Positions 29,895-40,811 are shown, counted from the first letter of the stretch. The stretch: DNA of 64,000 bases from Gammaproteobacteria bacterium (GCA_963422205.2 CAXMWX010000006.1:1-64000), one strand, 5' to 3'. The notes: generated from the letters alone by a model not told the origin. Made by a program: numbers and translations.

Positions 29895-31615
29895 GTGCGC
29901 CCGGCCACCGGCAAAAACACCATCGGCGTATCGGCGAAATCCTGCTGCAAAAAGGCGTGACCACGCCGGATCAAATCGACATTGCCTTGCTTGAGCAAAA
30001 GAAAAGCAAGGAGAGACTGGGCAAGATCATGGTGCGGCTGGGGTTTGCTACCGAGGCCATCATTCGCGATGTCATTGGCGGCATCATCGGCCAGCAGAGT
30101 GTTGATCTCAGTCGTGCCGTGGCCGACGGCGAGGCGATTGGCATGATACCGCAGGCGATGGCCAGACGATTAAAAGTCTTGCCGGTGGACTTTAACCGCC
30201 AGCGCAATCAGCTGACCCTGGCGATGGTCGATACCTTTGATGTGGTGGTGCTGGATCAGTTAAATGTGCATTTGGGAGCGGCGGCGGAGATCGTGCCGGT
30301 GCTTGCCAGCGAGGGAGAGATCGAAAAAGCGATCGATCAGTTCTATGGTTTTGAGTTATCGGTGGATGGCATTTTATATGAAATCGAAACCGGCGAGATC
30401 GATTATCAAAGCCTGGATGCGGACAGCGATGAGTACAGCCAGCCGGTTGTGCGCCTGGTCAATGCGCTGTTATCTGATGCGGTGAAACGTGGTGCTTCTG
30501 ATATTCACTTTGAACCCGAGGCCGGTTTTTTGCGGTTTCGTTATCGTATCGATGGCGTACTCCGGCAGATAAGAAGCCTGCACAAGAATTACTGGTCGGC
30601 GATTGCCGTGCGCCTGAAGGTGATGGCGGGTATGGACATTGCCGAGATACGCACGCCGCAGGATGGCCGGATTTCGCTATCCTTATCCGGTCGTCAGGTG
30701 GATTTTCGGGTCTCTACCTTGCCCACGCTGCATGGTGAGAACATTGTCCTCCGGGTGCTGGATCGACAGCGTGGCATTGTGCCGCTGGAGGGCCTGGGCT
30801 TGCAGGGCGATGAGTTAAATGTGCTGAAGCTGATGGTGGCAAGGCCAGAGGGTATCATCTTGGTGACCGGCCCGACGGGCAGCGGCAAGACCACCACGCT
30901 CTATTCCATCTTGAATTATCTGAACACCGAGGCGGTCAACATCATGACCCTGGAGGATCCGGTGGAGTATCCGATCACCATGATCCGGCAGACCTCGGCC
31001 AACGAAACCGCACACCTTGATTTTGCCAGCGGAATCCGCTGCATGATGCGCCAGGACCCGGACATCATTCTGGTGGGGGAAATTCGTGATGAGGAGACCG
31101 CCAGCATGGCATTGCGTGCGGCCATGACCGGCCATCAGGTGTTCTCGACATTGCACACAAATTCCGCTGTGGGTGCCGTCCCCCGGCTGCTCGATATCGG
31201 TGTCCAGCCGGATATTCTCGCCGGCAATATCATCGGGGTCATCGCCCAACGGCTGATACGCAAACTGTGCATGGCGTGCAGGGCGGATTATGAAATAGGC
31301 GATCTGGAGCGCAATTTACTCGGCCTGAAACAGACCGGTCGGCAACAGAGTATTTATCGTCACACCGGGTGCGATGCCTGTGAAAATCAGGGCTACCGGG
31401 GGCGCATGTCTTTGCTGGAAGTCTTGCGCTTTGATTCGGACATGGATGAGCTGGTGGCCAGACGTGGCACCTCCCATGAACTTAAACGCCTGGCCTTATC
31501 GAAAGGCTTTCGCCCGCTGGCTGATGCGGGTGCAGAACGGGTGCTGGAGGGCGTCACCAGCCTGGAGGAGATCAGCCGGGTGGTGGATTTAACCGCCCGC
31601 TTGCAGCATAAATAA
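29891..31615 (+). CDS. GspE/PilB/MshE-family extension ATPase
   Basis: RIGEILL N-domain, ASDIH, GPTGSGKTTT, EDPVE, RQDPD, Cys motifs. Confidence 0.95.
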   Translation: MSAPGHRQKHHRRIGEILLQKGVTTPDQIDIALLEQKKSKERLGKIMVRLGFATEAIIRDVIGGIIGQQSVDLSRAVADGEAIGMIPQAMARRLKVLPVDFNRQRNQLTLAMVDTFDVVVLDQLNVHLGAAAEIVPVLASEGEIEKAIDQFYGFELSVDGILYEIETGEIDYQSLDADSDEYSQPVVRLVNALLSDAVKRGASDIHFEPEAGFLRFRYRIDGVLRQIRSLHKNYWSAIAVRLKVMAGMDIAEIRTPQDGRISLSLSGRQVDFRVSTLPTLHGENIVLRVLDRQRGIVPLEGLGLQGDELNVLKLMVARPEGIILVTGPTGSGKTTTLYSILNYLNTEAVNIMTLEDPVEYPITMIRQTSANETAHLDFASGIRCMMRQDPDIILVGEIRDEETASMALRAAMTGHQVFSTLHTNSAVGAVPRLLDIGVQPDILAGNIIGVIAQRLIRKLCMACRADYEIGDLERNLLGLKQTGRQQSIYRHTGCDACENQGYRGRMSLLEVLRFDSDMDELVARRGTSHELKRLALSKGFRPLADAGAERVLEGVTSLEEISRVVDLTARLQHK

Positions 31616-32823
31616 TGGCGATGGGTTTTTATCAGTACAAGGCCATGGATGCCGATGGCCGGATACAGACAGGCCGCACCGATGCAGGCAATATCGCCGA
31701 TTTGGAAATGCGCCTGCAAAAGATGGGCCTGGATTTGATCAACTGCAAGCAGATCAGAACAATGGCCGGGGTCTTTGCTGGCGGTGTGGGGCGGCGTGAT
31801 CTCATCCTGTTTTGTTTTCACTTGGAGCAGACAGCAAAGGCGGGTGTGCCGATACTTGACAGCCTGGTTGATCTGCGTGACAGCACGGAAAACCGCCGTT
31901 TGCGGGAAGTGGTCTCGGCCATGATTGAATCCATCGAAGGTGGCCGGACGCTGTCGCAATCCATGCAGGATTTTCCCGCCGTGTTTTCAACGCTGTTTGC
32001 CAGCCTGATCCATGCCGGCGAGCAATCCGGCCAGCTTGGCATCGTGCTGGGCAAGCTGGCCGATAATCTCAAATTCCAGGATGAACAGGCGGCGATGACC
32101 AGGCGGCTGCTGGCCTATCCGCTGTTTGTCAGCATGGTGCTGGTCGGCATGGTCTTTTTCCTGATGACTTACCTGGTGCCGGCGTTGCTCGGTTTCGTGA
32201 CCACAATGGGGCATGAATTGCCGCTGCATACCCGTGCCCTGATAGCCACCTCCGATGTCTTTGTTAATTACTGGTGGGCCTTGCTGCTGATCCCGGCGGG
32301 CAGCACGGCTGGCCTGATGATACTGACAAGGATCAGCCCGGCAGTCTCGCTGGCGATCGACAGGTCTAAGCTCCGAATGCCGCTGCTCGGGCCTGTCTTG
32401 AAGAAGATCATTCTGGCGAGACTGGCCGAATTTTTTGCGATGATGTACTCCTCCGGGATCACGGTGCTTGACTGCATACACACGGGCGAGCAGATTGCTG
32501 GTAACAAGGCTGTGGCGGCTGCCATGTATGAGGTGGGACAACAGATCGCCGATGGGCGGAGTTTAAGCGAGGGTTTTGAGTCAACCGGTTTATTCCCGCC
32601 GCTGGTGATGCGTATGATTAAAATCGGCGAGGCAACGGGCAAGCTGGAGTCCTCGCTGGACAATGTGTCCTATTTTTATACCCGCGATATCAGGGAATCA
32701 CTGGCACGCTTACAGGCCATCATTGAACCGGCGATGACCATCATGCTGGGGGTGCTGATTGGCTGGGTCATGCTGTCCGTGTTAGGCCCTGTCTATGATA
32801 TCATCAGCACGATCCGGGTTTGA
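31615..32823 (+). CDS. GspF/PilC/MshG platform protein
   Basis: AGEQSGQL, YP, IGEATGKL, IEP. Confidence 0.93.
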   Translation: MAMGFYQYKAMDADGRIQTGRTDAGNIADLEMRLQKMGLDLINCKQIRTMAGVFAGGVGRRDLILFCFHLEQTAKAGVPILDSLVDLRDSTENRRLREVVSAMIESIEGGRTLSQSMQDFPAVFSTLFASLIHAGEQSGQLGIVLGKLADNLKFQDEQAAMTRRLLAYPLFVSMVLVGMVFFLMTYLVPALLGFVTTMGHELPLHTRALIATSDVFVNYWWALLLIPAGSTAGLMILTRISPAVSLAIDRSKLRMPLLGPVLKKIILARLAEFFAMMYSSGITVLDCIHTGEQIAGNKAVAAAMYEVGQQIADGRSLSEGFESTGLFPPLVMRMIKIGEATGKLESSLDNVSYFYTRDIRESLARLQAIIEPAMTIMLGVLIGWVMLSVLGPVYDIISTIRV

Positions 32824-34402
32824 GTTGAGCACCAGGCCCTTTGCTGCGTTGTTTGCCCGGCGTACCTTGTTCTTGGGTGCAGACAAGCTGGCGGTGTATC
32901 ATTGGTCGGGTGGCGAGCTTGCCGAGGGCTTTCTGTTTGCTACCGATGATGAGGGCAAGGCAAACTTCAAACGCTATCTTCAGCAGACTCCCAAAACGCC
33001 ATTTTTTATCCTGCTGGATATCTTTGCAGAGGACTACCGGCAAGAGACCATTCCCCATGTCTTCGGTGCTGATCGCACCGCCACCATAGTACGCAGGATC
33101 CGCCGGTTGTTTCGCAGCACACCGTATTATCATCACCGGCTGATCGGCAGGCAGGAAGAGGGCCGCCGCGATGATCATATCCTGCTCACGGCGATTACCG
33201 ACCCGGCGCTGCTGACCCCCTGGGTTACCATGCTGGAGGCGGTGAAAGTGCCACTGGCCGGGATGTATTCCTTACCCTTATTCACCGAGTCTGTGTTGGC
33301 AAATATTCAGGATAAGCCGCACCGGCATACGCTCATCATCAGCATTCAATCCATCAGCGGCCTGAGACAAACGTATTTCAAAAATAATACGTTTCGTATC
33401 AGTCGGCTGGTGCGGATGCCGCGCTATGGCAGCACACCTTACCGCCCTTATATCAAGCAGGAGGTTGAAAAAATACGGCGCTATTTAACCAGCTTGAGAT
33501 TAATCTCTACCGCTGATCCCTTGCAGATATATTTCCTGCTGGCGGGCGAGCTGCTGGCAGAGTTAAAGGCCGAATATGCGGATCAGGGGCAGCCGCATTA
33601 TGTCTTTTGTGATCTGAACCGCTTGCTCCGGCAGGCCGGCAGCATGACCACGATAACAACGCCATTCAGCGATCGCTATTTTGTGCAGCAGTTGCTGAAA
33701 TTAAAACCGGCGGACTGTTACGCCTTGAAGACAGAGAAGCGTTATTTTTTCATGCGCCGCTGGCGCTATGGCATGGTGGCGATGAGCATAGGGCTGTTAC
33801 TGGGCGGCATGATCTGGAGCGGTATTAATGTCATGAGTGGCCTTGGCTATCAACAACATGGCCTTGCCGCCCGGCAAAAGACGCAGTTCTACACCACGCG
33901 CTATGAGGTGGCCCGCCAGCGTTTGCCCAGCACCCCGGTGCCGTCAGCCGACTTGAAGATCGCCATAGAGTTGACCGACAACCTGACGGCACACAAGACC
34001 TCGCCGCTGGCGTTGATGCAGTTGGTCAGCGACAGCCTGGAACACTACCCATCGCTGCACCTGCTCAAGCTGGCCTGGTCTGCAACCGGCCAGCCCTCGG
34101 TGCCGCAGGCTATCAATGCCGCAGCGAGTGACACCGGGGCCAGGGCAGCAGTTGACGCTTATCAGGTGGCCCGGATTGAGGGGCGGATGATCCCGTTTGC
34201 CGGTGATTATCGCCAGGCGATTGCTGTGATCAACCGCTTTGCTGAATCTTTACGGCAAAACCGCCGGGTGCATGAGGTGGCGATCATGGCCTTGCCGCTG
34301 GATGTCAGCCCGGCGGCAAGTCTCAAGGGCAATGCACAGCAGCCAGCCGGGCAGGCGGATTTTTCCCTGCGTATCGTGCTTAGATCAGCCCATGTTCGTT
34401 AG
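32795..34402 (+). CDS. PilM/PilN-like alignment protein (start uncertain)
   Basis: Large cytoplasmic domain, single TM, periplasmic domain; position in operon. Confidence 0.6.
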   Translation: MISSARSGFELSTRPFAALFARRTLFLGADKLAVYHWSGGELAEGFLFATDDEGKANFKRYLQQTPKTPFFILLDIFAEDYRQETIPHVFGADRTATIVRRIRRLFRSTPYYHHRLIGRQEEGRRDDHILLTAITDPALLTPWVTMLEAVKVPLAGMYSLPLFTESVLANIQDKPHRHTLIISIQSISGLRQTYFKNNTFRISRLVRMPRYGSTPYRPYIKQEVEKIRRYLTSLRLISTADPLQIYFLLAGELLAELKAEYADQGQPHYVFCDLNRLLRQAGSMTTITTPFSDRYFVQQLLKLKPADCYALKTEKRYFFMRRWRYGMVAMSIGLLLGGMIWSGINVMSGLGYQQHGLAARQKTQFYTTRYEVARQRLPSTPVPSADLKIAIELTDNLTAHKTSPLALMQLVSDSLEHYPSLHLLKLAWSATGQPSVPQAINAAASDTGARAAVDAYQVARIEGRMIPFAGDYRQAIAVINRFAESLRQNRRVHEVAIMALPLDVSPAASLKGNAQQPAGQADFSLRIVLRSAHVR

Positions 34403-35012
34403 CACCATAGACTGGTCGGTGTTGCGAGGTGCGCTTTGTTTGCTGGTCATCAGCCTGACCGTGAGCGGCCTGGCCGTTGGCGCAAGCTATTATTTTCAAC
34501 AGCAGAGGCTAGGGGAGTTCATGCGGTTTGACAGCCAGTTGCACACCATCAGCCAGCGTTATTTGTCCATTGAGGAAGAGGAGCAGTTGATCAAGCAATA
34601 CCTGCCCCGTTTTATCGCCCTGCACAACGAGGGGGTGCTTGGCGGGGAGAGGCGGCTGCGCTGGATCGAGGTCTTGAATGATGCCGGGCAGAGGCTAAAA
34701 CTCCCCGGCTTATCCTATGAGATCGCATCACAGCAGCAGGATCAACCCGGCTACCCGCTAATCATGGGGCAATACCGGCTCTTCTCCAGCGTGATGACCC
34801 TGACCATGACCTTGCTGCATGAGGGGGATTTATTCCGTCTGTTTGAGTTGCTTGAAAGCACAGCGCCGGGGCTGTTTACTGTCTCCACGTGTGAACTAAA
34901 CCGCCATGCGGGCGCATTAAGCGAGGATGCAGACAAGGGCACTATCTCGGCCAACTGCGAGTTGATATGGTACTCAATCAAACTTGCCAATGGCGATGAG
35001 ATTGCGCTATGA
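34392..35012 (+). CDS. PilO/GspM-like protein
   Basis: N-terminal TM, coiled segment, LLHEGD motif; operon position. Confidence 0.6.
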   Translation: MFVSTIDWSVLRGALCLLVISLTVSGLAVGASYYFQQQRLGEFMRFDSQLHTISQRYLSIEEEEQLIKQYLPRFIALHNEGVLGGERRLRWIEVLNDAGQRLKLPGLSYEIASQQQDQPGYPLIMGQYRLFSSVMTLTMTLLHEGDLFRLFELLESTAPGLFTVSTCELNRHAGALSEDADKGTISANCELIWYSIKLANGDEIAL

Positions 35013-35506
35013 GCAACCTCGCCTGGTTTACCATCGCCTGCTGTCTGTTGCTCTTCTCATCGGCACCGGCCGAGGCCGACCCGCTTGGCAGGTTTTTCAC
35101 CACGGCGAAGGAAAGGGAGCGGCTGGACCAGTGGCGGCAGCGACCGGCAGGCCGTGAGGCCGCCGAGGTTGATGCGGCGCCGGCCCGGCAACCGGCAGCG
35201 GCAGCAGTGCTGGAGAGGATGACGCTCAAGGGCCTGGTTTATCGTTATCATCATGGCCGTCATCGTGCCGGGACGGTCTGGATTGATGAGGTGGGCAGGG
35301 ATGATGCTGCCGATGCCGCCCTGCCCCACCTGCTGATTGAAGATAACGGTAGCGGTAAAACCCATCTAATCGTCAGGCCGCCGGGGACGGAGAATGCCTA
35401 TCGCTTGCAGGTCGGTCAATCGCTGAACCCGAATACCGGCGTCATCTCGGACCTGGCTGTCAAGCAAGCAGGGCAGGTGGGCCTGAGCCTGCCGGTGGCA
35501 GAGTGA
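35009..35506 (+). CDS. PilP/MshK-like exported protein
   Basis: Signal peptide, LGRFFTT..ER..LD..R motif. Confidence 0.6.
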   Translation: MSNLAWFTIACCLLLFSSAPAEADPLGRFFTTAKERERLDQWRQRPAGREAAEVDAAPARQPAAAAVLERMTLKGLVYRYHHGRHRAGTVWIDEVGRDDAADAALPHLLIEDNGSGKTHLIVRPPGTENAYRLQVGQSLNPNTGVISDLAVKQAGQVGLSLPVAE

Positions 35507-38262
35507 GGTACGTTGGGCCGGCCAGGGCCATGACCAGACAGGCCGGCGTGGCCTTGCTGGCGATGCTGCTGCTTGTGCTGACGGCGGCGAGCTACCTGCT
35601 GCTCAACAAGCTGAACGGACACACCAACCGGTTTGTCCGGGCGGCTGATTCCCAGCGTGCATTAAAACAGGCGAAACAGGCCCTGCTTGCCTATGCCATG
35701 AACTATCCAGAGTTACATAACAAGCAACTCAAAGGCCCCGGCTTTTTGCCCTGCCCGGATCAGGATAATGACGGCCAGAGCGACCCGGGCGGGTGTTCAA
35801 GCTCAGGCAGGCAGGCCAGCATCGGACGGCTGCCATTTCGCCTGCTGGGCATAGAGGATGTGCGCGACAGCCATGGTGAGCGATTATGGTATGTGGTGTC
35901 GAATAATTTTATCAACCGGCAATCGGATTATACGATCATCAACAGCGAGACGCCGGGCTTGTTAAGCATGGCAGGTGTTGATGATATTGTGGTCATCATC
36001 ATCGCCCCCGGTGCGCCCGTTGCCGGCCAGACTGAGCGCGCCCGGCCCGGCAATATCAATTCATCGGCCTATTATCTTGAGCACAGGCTGGCCGCCGGCG
36101 ATGCCCTCTTTGGCAGGATGGATGTTGTGGCGGCGGCTGAATCGAATGATCAACTGATAACGATCACCCGGGCAGAATTAATGGCGATGGTGGGGAGGCG
36201 GGTGTTGAGCGAGGTCAGACATGCCTTGCAGGACTATACGGCTGCCGGAGGTGATGTGCATTATGCCTATCCCTGGCTGGTGCCGTTTGCCGATCCGAAT
36301 GCCGATTACCGGACAGTGCGTGGCCAGCACCGGCGCCCAAAGAACTCAACCTGCCTTGACAGCGAGTTGAGGACAACCCGGTATCCTGAAAATTCAGATT
36401 GTCTGGAAGATAGCAGGAGAAACTTTATTGCGGCTGGTGTCGCTGTGCATGACATCGTGCGTAATACCACGGATGGCTCGGTGGGTGTTGTTGTCTGTGT
36501 CGGCGCACATGAATTGATAATCGCCGGTTTGTCTTTGGGCCAGGATAATGATTTTGATCAAGGCGATGCCTATTATATTCACACTCGCAAGCTGTCTGCG
36601 ATCTTAAGCGGTACGGCAACGGCCGACTCAGGCGGCCTGTTGCTGGCCGATGACACCAGGGCAAGTGCGGGCAGTAGCACCGGCCAGGGCACTGCCGGAT
36701 GCAGGGGGGCGGGCAGCGATAAGGGGTTTAAGGAGATCGTCATACCCGGTGATGTGGTGGAAAACACCACGGATGGCTCGCATGGCGTCATTGAATTTGT
36801 GACCAGGGACATGCTGGCGGTCAAGCGCCTCGGTGGCGGCGAAGAGAATGATTTTGATCCGGGCGATAATTACACCATTCGCAGCAATGCCAGCAAGGCC
36901 ACAGCCGGTAGTGCCGGTCTTGCGCTGGAAGATGGCCGTGCGAATTTTACCGCTATGGGAGTTAGATCAGGCGATGTGATCGAGAATATCAGCGATGGCT
37001 CTCATGGCAACATCACCAGGGTGGGCGATTCAACACTGCATGTTGATGCGCTGGCCTTTGGCCACGACAACAGTTTTCAAGCCGATGACAGCTATCGGGT
37101 GTCACGTTATAACAGCGTACCGGGCACACGTCATGGTTTGTTGCCTGTGCATGAACCGGGGAGGCGGTTTGCCAGTGCCTTCCGAGTGGATTATTCTGTC
37201 AGGCAGGCGGATGGCAATCTGCTCATCGCTGCCGTTGCCGGGCCGGAACATCTCGCCCTGCTTCAGTCGCTGAAGGCATCCCTGTCCACAGCTGGCACGA
37301 TAGCATTCACCGCACCGCAGGGCAGCTGTATCTGGACGATCCCGGCCATCGTTGAATGCAGCGGCAGGGGCGCCCCGCTTCCTTATCCTGCCGGCGATGG
37401 CCGCTTGACTGTGCGTTATCTCACCCATCTGAGGTTCAAGGGTGAGCAGACCGAAACCGCCGATGACAAGCACATAAGAAAACGCACGGTGTGTCTGGGC
37501 TATGGCAAGGGCTGCACTTTAGCACCGGCCAACACTGCCCTGCCTTACTATGACATGGCTATTCACAGCGAGATCACGCCTGCTGCTGGCTTGACCCTGA
37601 CCGATTCGTTGATCAATTTTGAACGGCACGGAGTCGTGGCCGGTGATGTCCTCATCAACGAAACAACAGGGGCAGCCGGGATCATTCAGGCGGTAGCAGA
37701 TAACACGCTGACGGTGTATGGCCAGAGTGACAATGATGCGCCTTATTTCAAGGCAGGCGATGAGTACCGCATTACCCGGCCTGTAATCGCCGCTGAAGTG
37801 TACGATGACAGCGGGGCGGTCGTTGCCAGGGCCGGCCTGGTTGTGCCTGCGGCGGGTGCTGGGGGGTATCTGCGGGTGACCGGGCTGGATTATTATTTAT
37901 CTCAGGAGAATGGCGAGCTGCCGGCCTGGTTCATCAAGAACCGCTGGCACACGCTGGTGTATGTGGCCTACAGTGCCGGGTTTGTGCCGGGGGCAAAGCA
38001 GCAATGTGATCGTGCCGGGATAACCAGTGCTGTGGCGGATTGTTTAACCGTGCAGGGAACTCTTGCCACCACCGATACCAGCGAGGTAGTCGTGTTAAGT
38101 GCTGGCATGGCCCTGGCCGGGCATGAGCGTGCTTCAGGCAGGTTGGCCGACTATTATGAGGGCTATAATGCAACAGCGGATAATCTCTTCCAGCAAGCCG
38201 AGATGAGCGCGACCTTTAACGATCAGCTGATGGTGGTCTCGCCTCATCCATGGGCAGAGTAA
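35503..38262 (+). CDS. Large minor pilin/pseudopilin with four beta-rich repeats
   Basis: RQAG|VALLAMLLLVL prepilin-like N-terminus, LPCPD, D..GERLWY; repeats G.V..N.TDGS.G. Confidence 0.75.
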   Translation: MRYVGPARAMTRQAGVALLAMLLLVLTAASYLLLNKLNGHTNRFVRAADSQRALKQAKQALLAYAMNYPELHNKQLKGPGFLPCPDQDNDGQSDPGGCSSSGRQASIGRLPFRLLGIEDVRDSHGERLWYVVSNNFINRQSDYTIINSETPGLLSMAGVDDIVVIIIAPGAPVAGQTERARPGNINSSAYYLEHRLAAGDALFGRMDVVAAAESNDQLITITRAELMAMVGRRVLSEVRHALQDYTAAGGDVHYAYPWLVPFADPNADYRTVRGQHRRPKNSTCLDSELRTTRYPENSDCLEDSRRNFIAAGVAVHDIVRNTTDGSVGVVVCVGAHELIIAGLSLGQDNDFDQGDAYYIHTRKLSAILSGTATADSGGLLLADDTRASAGSSTGQGTAGCRGAGSDKGFKEIVIPGDVVENTTDGSHGVIEFVTRDMLAVKRLGGGEENDFDPGDNYTIRSNASKATAGSAGLALEDGRANFTAMGVRSGDVIENISDGSHGNITRVGDSTLHVDALAFGHDNSFQADDSYRVSRYNSVPGTRHGLLPVHEPGRRFASAFRVDYSVRQADGNLLIAAVAGPEHLALLQSLKASLSTAGTIAFTAPQGSCIWTIPAIVECSGRGAPLPYPAGDGRLTVRYLTHLRFKGEQTETADDKHIRKRTVCLGYGKGCTLAPANTALPYYDMAIHSEITPAAGLTLTDSLINFERHGVVAGDVLINETTGAAGIIQAVADNTLTVYGQSDNDAPYFKAGDEYRITRPVIAAEVYDDSGAVVARAGLVVPAAGAGGYLRVTGLDYYLSQENGELPAWFIKNRWHTLVYVAYSAGFVPGAKQQCDRAGITSAVADCLTVQGTLATTDTSEVVVLSAGMALAGHERASGRLADYYEGYNATADNLFQQAEMSATFNDQLMVVSPHPWAE

Positions 38263-38981
38263 CTGGATACTCACAAACCGGCTTCACGTTGCTGGAATTG
38301 GCGCTGGTGCTTTTTATCGTGACCCTGGTGCTGGGGGCAACGCTGACACCTCTTGGCACCTTGCTGGAGGGCAGGAAGCGCACCGCCGCCATGGCCGATC
38401 TGGAAGCGGTGCGCGAGAGCCTGATAGGGTTTGCCATGCTGCACGGCTATCTGCCTTGCCCGGCGATGAGCATCTCGCCAGCCAGTGATGACTACGGTGA
38501 ACAGGCGGATGCCTGCCAGGAGTCCCGCGATGATGAGGGTTATCTGCCCTGGCGCACCCTGGGCCTGACGACACCCACCGATCCGTTCAACCGCCATTGG
38601 CGTTACCGGGTCGATCGCCGATTCAGCAACAGCGACAAGCTGTTCACCCTGGCCACCAGGCAGCAGGAGGCGATTGCGATAGTTGACGATGATGATAACC
38701 TGCTGGTTTCCAGGAAGGAGGCGCCCATAGCCGTGATCTATTCCACCGGCGCCAATGTTAAGGCGGATGGCAACAATGCAAGCTATGAAGGCGAGCCCTG
38801 CGGTTCTCCCGATGGTTATGAGTCGGAGACGGGCAAGACCACCTGCCCGCATGGTAACCCTAAGTATCAGGCGGGCGGGGCGCTCGGTGTCGGTGCTGAT
38901 GCCGAGTTTGATGACATCGTGATCTGGCTGTCTCGCCCTTTGTTATTCAACCGCATGGTGACCGTCGGCCGCTTACCCTGA
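38250..38981 (+). CDS. Type IV pilin-like protein
   Basis: QTG|FTLLEL cleavage/methylation motif, LPCPA. Confidence 0.88.
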   Translation: MGRVTGYSQTGFTLLELALVLFIVTLVLGATLTPLGTLLEGRKRTAAMADLEAVRESLIGFAMLHGYLPCPAMSISPASDDYGEQADACQESRDDEGYLPWRTLGLTTPTDPFNRHWRYRVDRRFSNSDKLFTLATRQQEAIAIVDDDDNLLVSRKEAPIAVIYSTGANVKADGNNASYEGEPCGSPDGYESETGKTTCPHGNPKYQAGGALGVGADAEFDDIVIWLSRPLLFNRMVTVGRLP

Positions 38982-39070
38982 CATGTACCCTCTTGCCACG
39001 GCTAGGATCAGCCGCCTTGACCAGAACAGACCCATAAGGAAAGACAGATAATGGCGATGGCCTTACAATA

Positions 39071-39859
39071 ATGCCCTGTGTCCAGCAGGATGGTTATGAG
39101 CGTATGTTGACGATTGCAAGATTGACGCTGGTTGATGCCATTAACAACCGCCTTTTTTTGCTAGCGTTGGCTGCCGTCATCGGTTTGTTTATGCTGGCGG
39201 TTTTTATCGGCGAGTTGGCGATCACCGAGACACGCCAGGTGCAGGCGGTGATCCTGGCCTCTGCCCTGCGCCTGTTTGCCGTGATGCTCATCAGCCTGTT
39301 TGTTATCACCAGCATGGTAAGGGAGTTCAACGACAAAGGGGTCGAGATACTGCTGGCACTGCCGCTGCCACGATATGCGTACTATTTTGGTAAACTGTCA
39401 GGCTATGCCTTGTCGTCCTTGCTGCTGGCCGTGCTGGTCAGTGTGCCGTTATTATTTTTTGCCGAGGTCGGGGCGGTGGCCTTATGGTGTTTTTCTCTGT
39501 GCTGTGAATTGTTGCTTGTCATCGCGCTCAGTCTGCTTGGCCTGTTCACCTGCACACACATTATCCCGGCTTACACTGGCGTGTTGGCATTTTACCTGCT
39601 GGCACGCAGCCTTGAAGCAATACAATTACTCAGCACCAGCCCGGTGCTGGAGTCAAACGCCTGGCCGCAGGAGTTTATGTACGGCATGATCGCCATGATC
39701 GCACTGGTGTTGCCTGATCTCGGCCGGTTTACCAACAGTAGCTGGCTGGCCTATGAGATACAGCCTGCGGTGCTTTTGCCCGTCCTGCTGCAAACCCTGA
39801 TATATCTCTGCATCCTGGTCTCTGCCGGCCTGTTTGATCTCTATCGAAAAAACCTGTGA
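39071..39859 (+). CDS. ABC transporter permease (pilus-associated)
   Basis: Multiple TMs, RE...K....LLALP..R..Y..GK. Confidence 0.8.
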   Translation: MPCVQQDGYERMLTIARLTLVDAINNRLFLLALAAVIGLFMLAVFIGELAITETRQVQAVILASALRLFAVMLISLFVITSMVREFNDKGVEILLALPLPRYAYYFGKLSGYALSSLLLAVLVSVPLLFFAEVGAVALWCFSLCCELLLVIALSLLGLFTCTHIIPAYTGVLAFYLLARSLEAIQLLSTSPVLESNAWPQEFMYGMIAMIALVLPDLGRFTNSSWLAYEIQPAVLLPVLLQTLIYLCILVSAGLFDLYRKNL

Positions 39860-39868
39860 TGACATGTT

Positions 39869-40567
39869 ATGGCTTACCGCACTGAACGCCCGCCCCGCCT
39901 TGTGCAATTCCTGTTACTCGGCAGTTTTATCGCCCAGTTGCTGTTTGCCAGCCAACGCCCTGATTACATTGCCAGGGCCAGGGAGTTGCCCGCCGCCCCG
40001 CCAGTTGGCATCGTCCGGCTGGCGACATTGGCCGAGCCTGTCACGGCGGCGGCATTGTTGATGCTGTGGTTGCAGGCATTTGACAATCCACCGGGGATCA
40101 GCATCCCGTTTAATGCGCTTGATTATCACAACGTGATCGCCTGGCTTGATGTGATACTGACGCTGAACCCGCGTTTTAACTACCCCCTGCTGAGTGCAAG
40201 TCGCCTGTATACCGAAGTGCCGGATACGGAGAGAAAACGGCTGATGCTCGGTTTTGTCTATGAAAAATTTTTCAACGATCCGAACCGCTACTGGCCGTGG
40301 TTGGCGCATGCGGTCTACGTTGCCAAGCATCGATTGCACGACCATCAACTGGCGCTCTCATTTGCCAGGGCATTGCGGCTTAATGCCACGGCAAAGACCG
40401 TCCCGGCCTGGGTCAGCCAGATGGAGATTCTCGTCTATGAAGACCGGGGCGATTGGGAAGCGGCGAGCAGGATTATTGATGGCTTGCTGGCGAGCGGCAG
40501 GATCGCCCCCGGCAGCAACGAAGAGCGGTTTTTGCTGGATAAACTGACAGCACTGCGCCAGCAGTAA
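39869..40567 (+). CDS. Conserved hypothetical protein of the pilus locus
   Basis: Operon position, helical, WLQAFDN.PG motif. Confidence 0.6.
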   Translation: MAYRTERPPRLVQFLLLGSFIAQLLFASQRPDYIARARELPAAPPVGIVRLATLAEPVTAAALLMLWLQAFDNPPGISIPFNALDYHNVIAWLDVILTLNPRFNYPLLSASRLYTEVPDTERKRLMLGFVYEKFFNDPNRYWPWLAHAVYVAKHRLHDHQLALSFARALRLNATAKTVPAWVSQMEILVYEDRGDWEAASRIIDGLLASGRIAPGSNEERFLLDKLTALRQQ

Positions 40568-40725
40568 GCCAATGCCGTCTGCCGGTGTTACCGGGGGTGG
40601 CAAGGGGGGATCTGGTAATTTTATGTGTTGATAATTTGACGTTTGTGTTAATATTTTGTCGAGCTTGACACGATGGGGCGGGGGATAAAAAATATAAATT
40701 CAAATAAAACAATAAGATAAGGGCA

Positions 40726-40741
40726 TGGCATGTTCTGTGCA
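40726..40741 (+). promoter_or_regulatory. Sigma-54 (-24/-12) promoter of the pilin gene
   Basis: TGGCATGTTCTGTGCA = GG-N10-GC; AT-rich tract and a TGTC-N6-GACA palindrome (40657-40670) upstream. Confidence 0.65.
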
Positions 40742-40811
40742 TTATTAATTGCACTTTGATTACTTTAAACCAATAAAGATAACAGATACTTAACAAAAAG
40801 GAGATAAAAAC

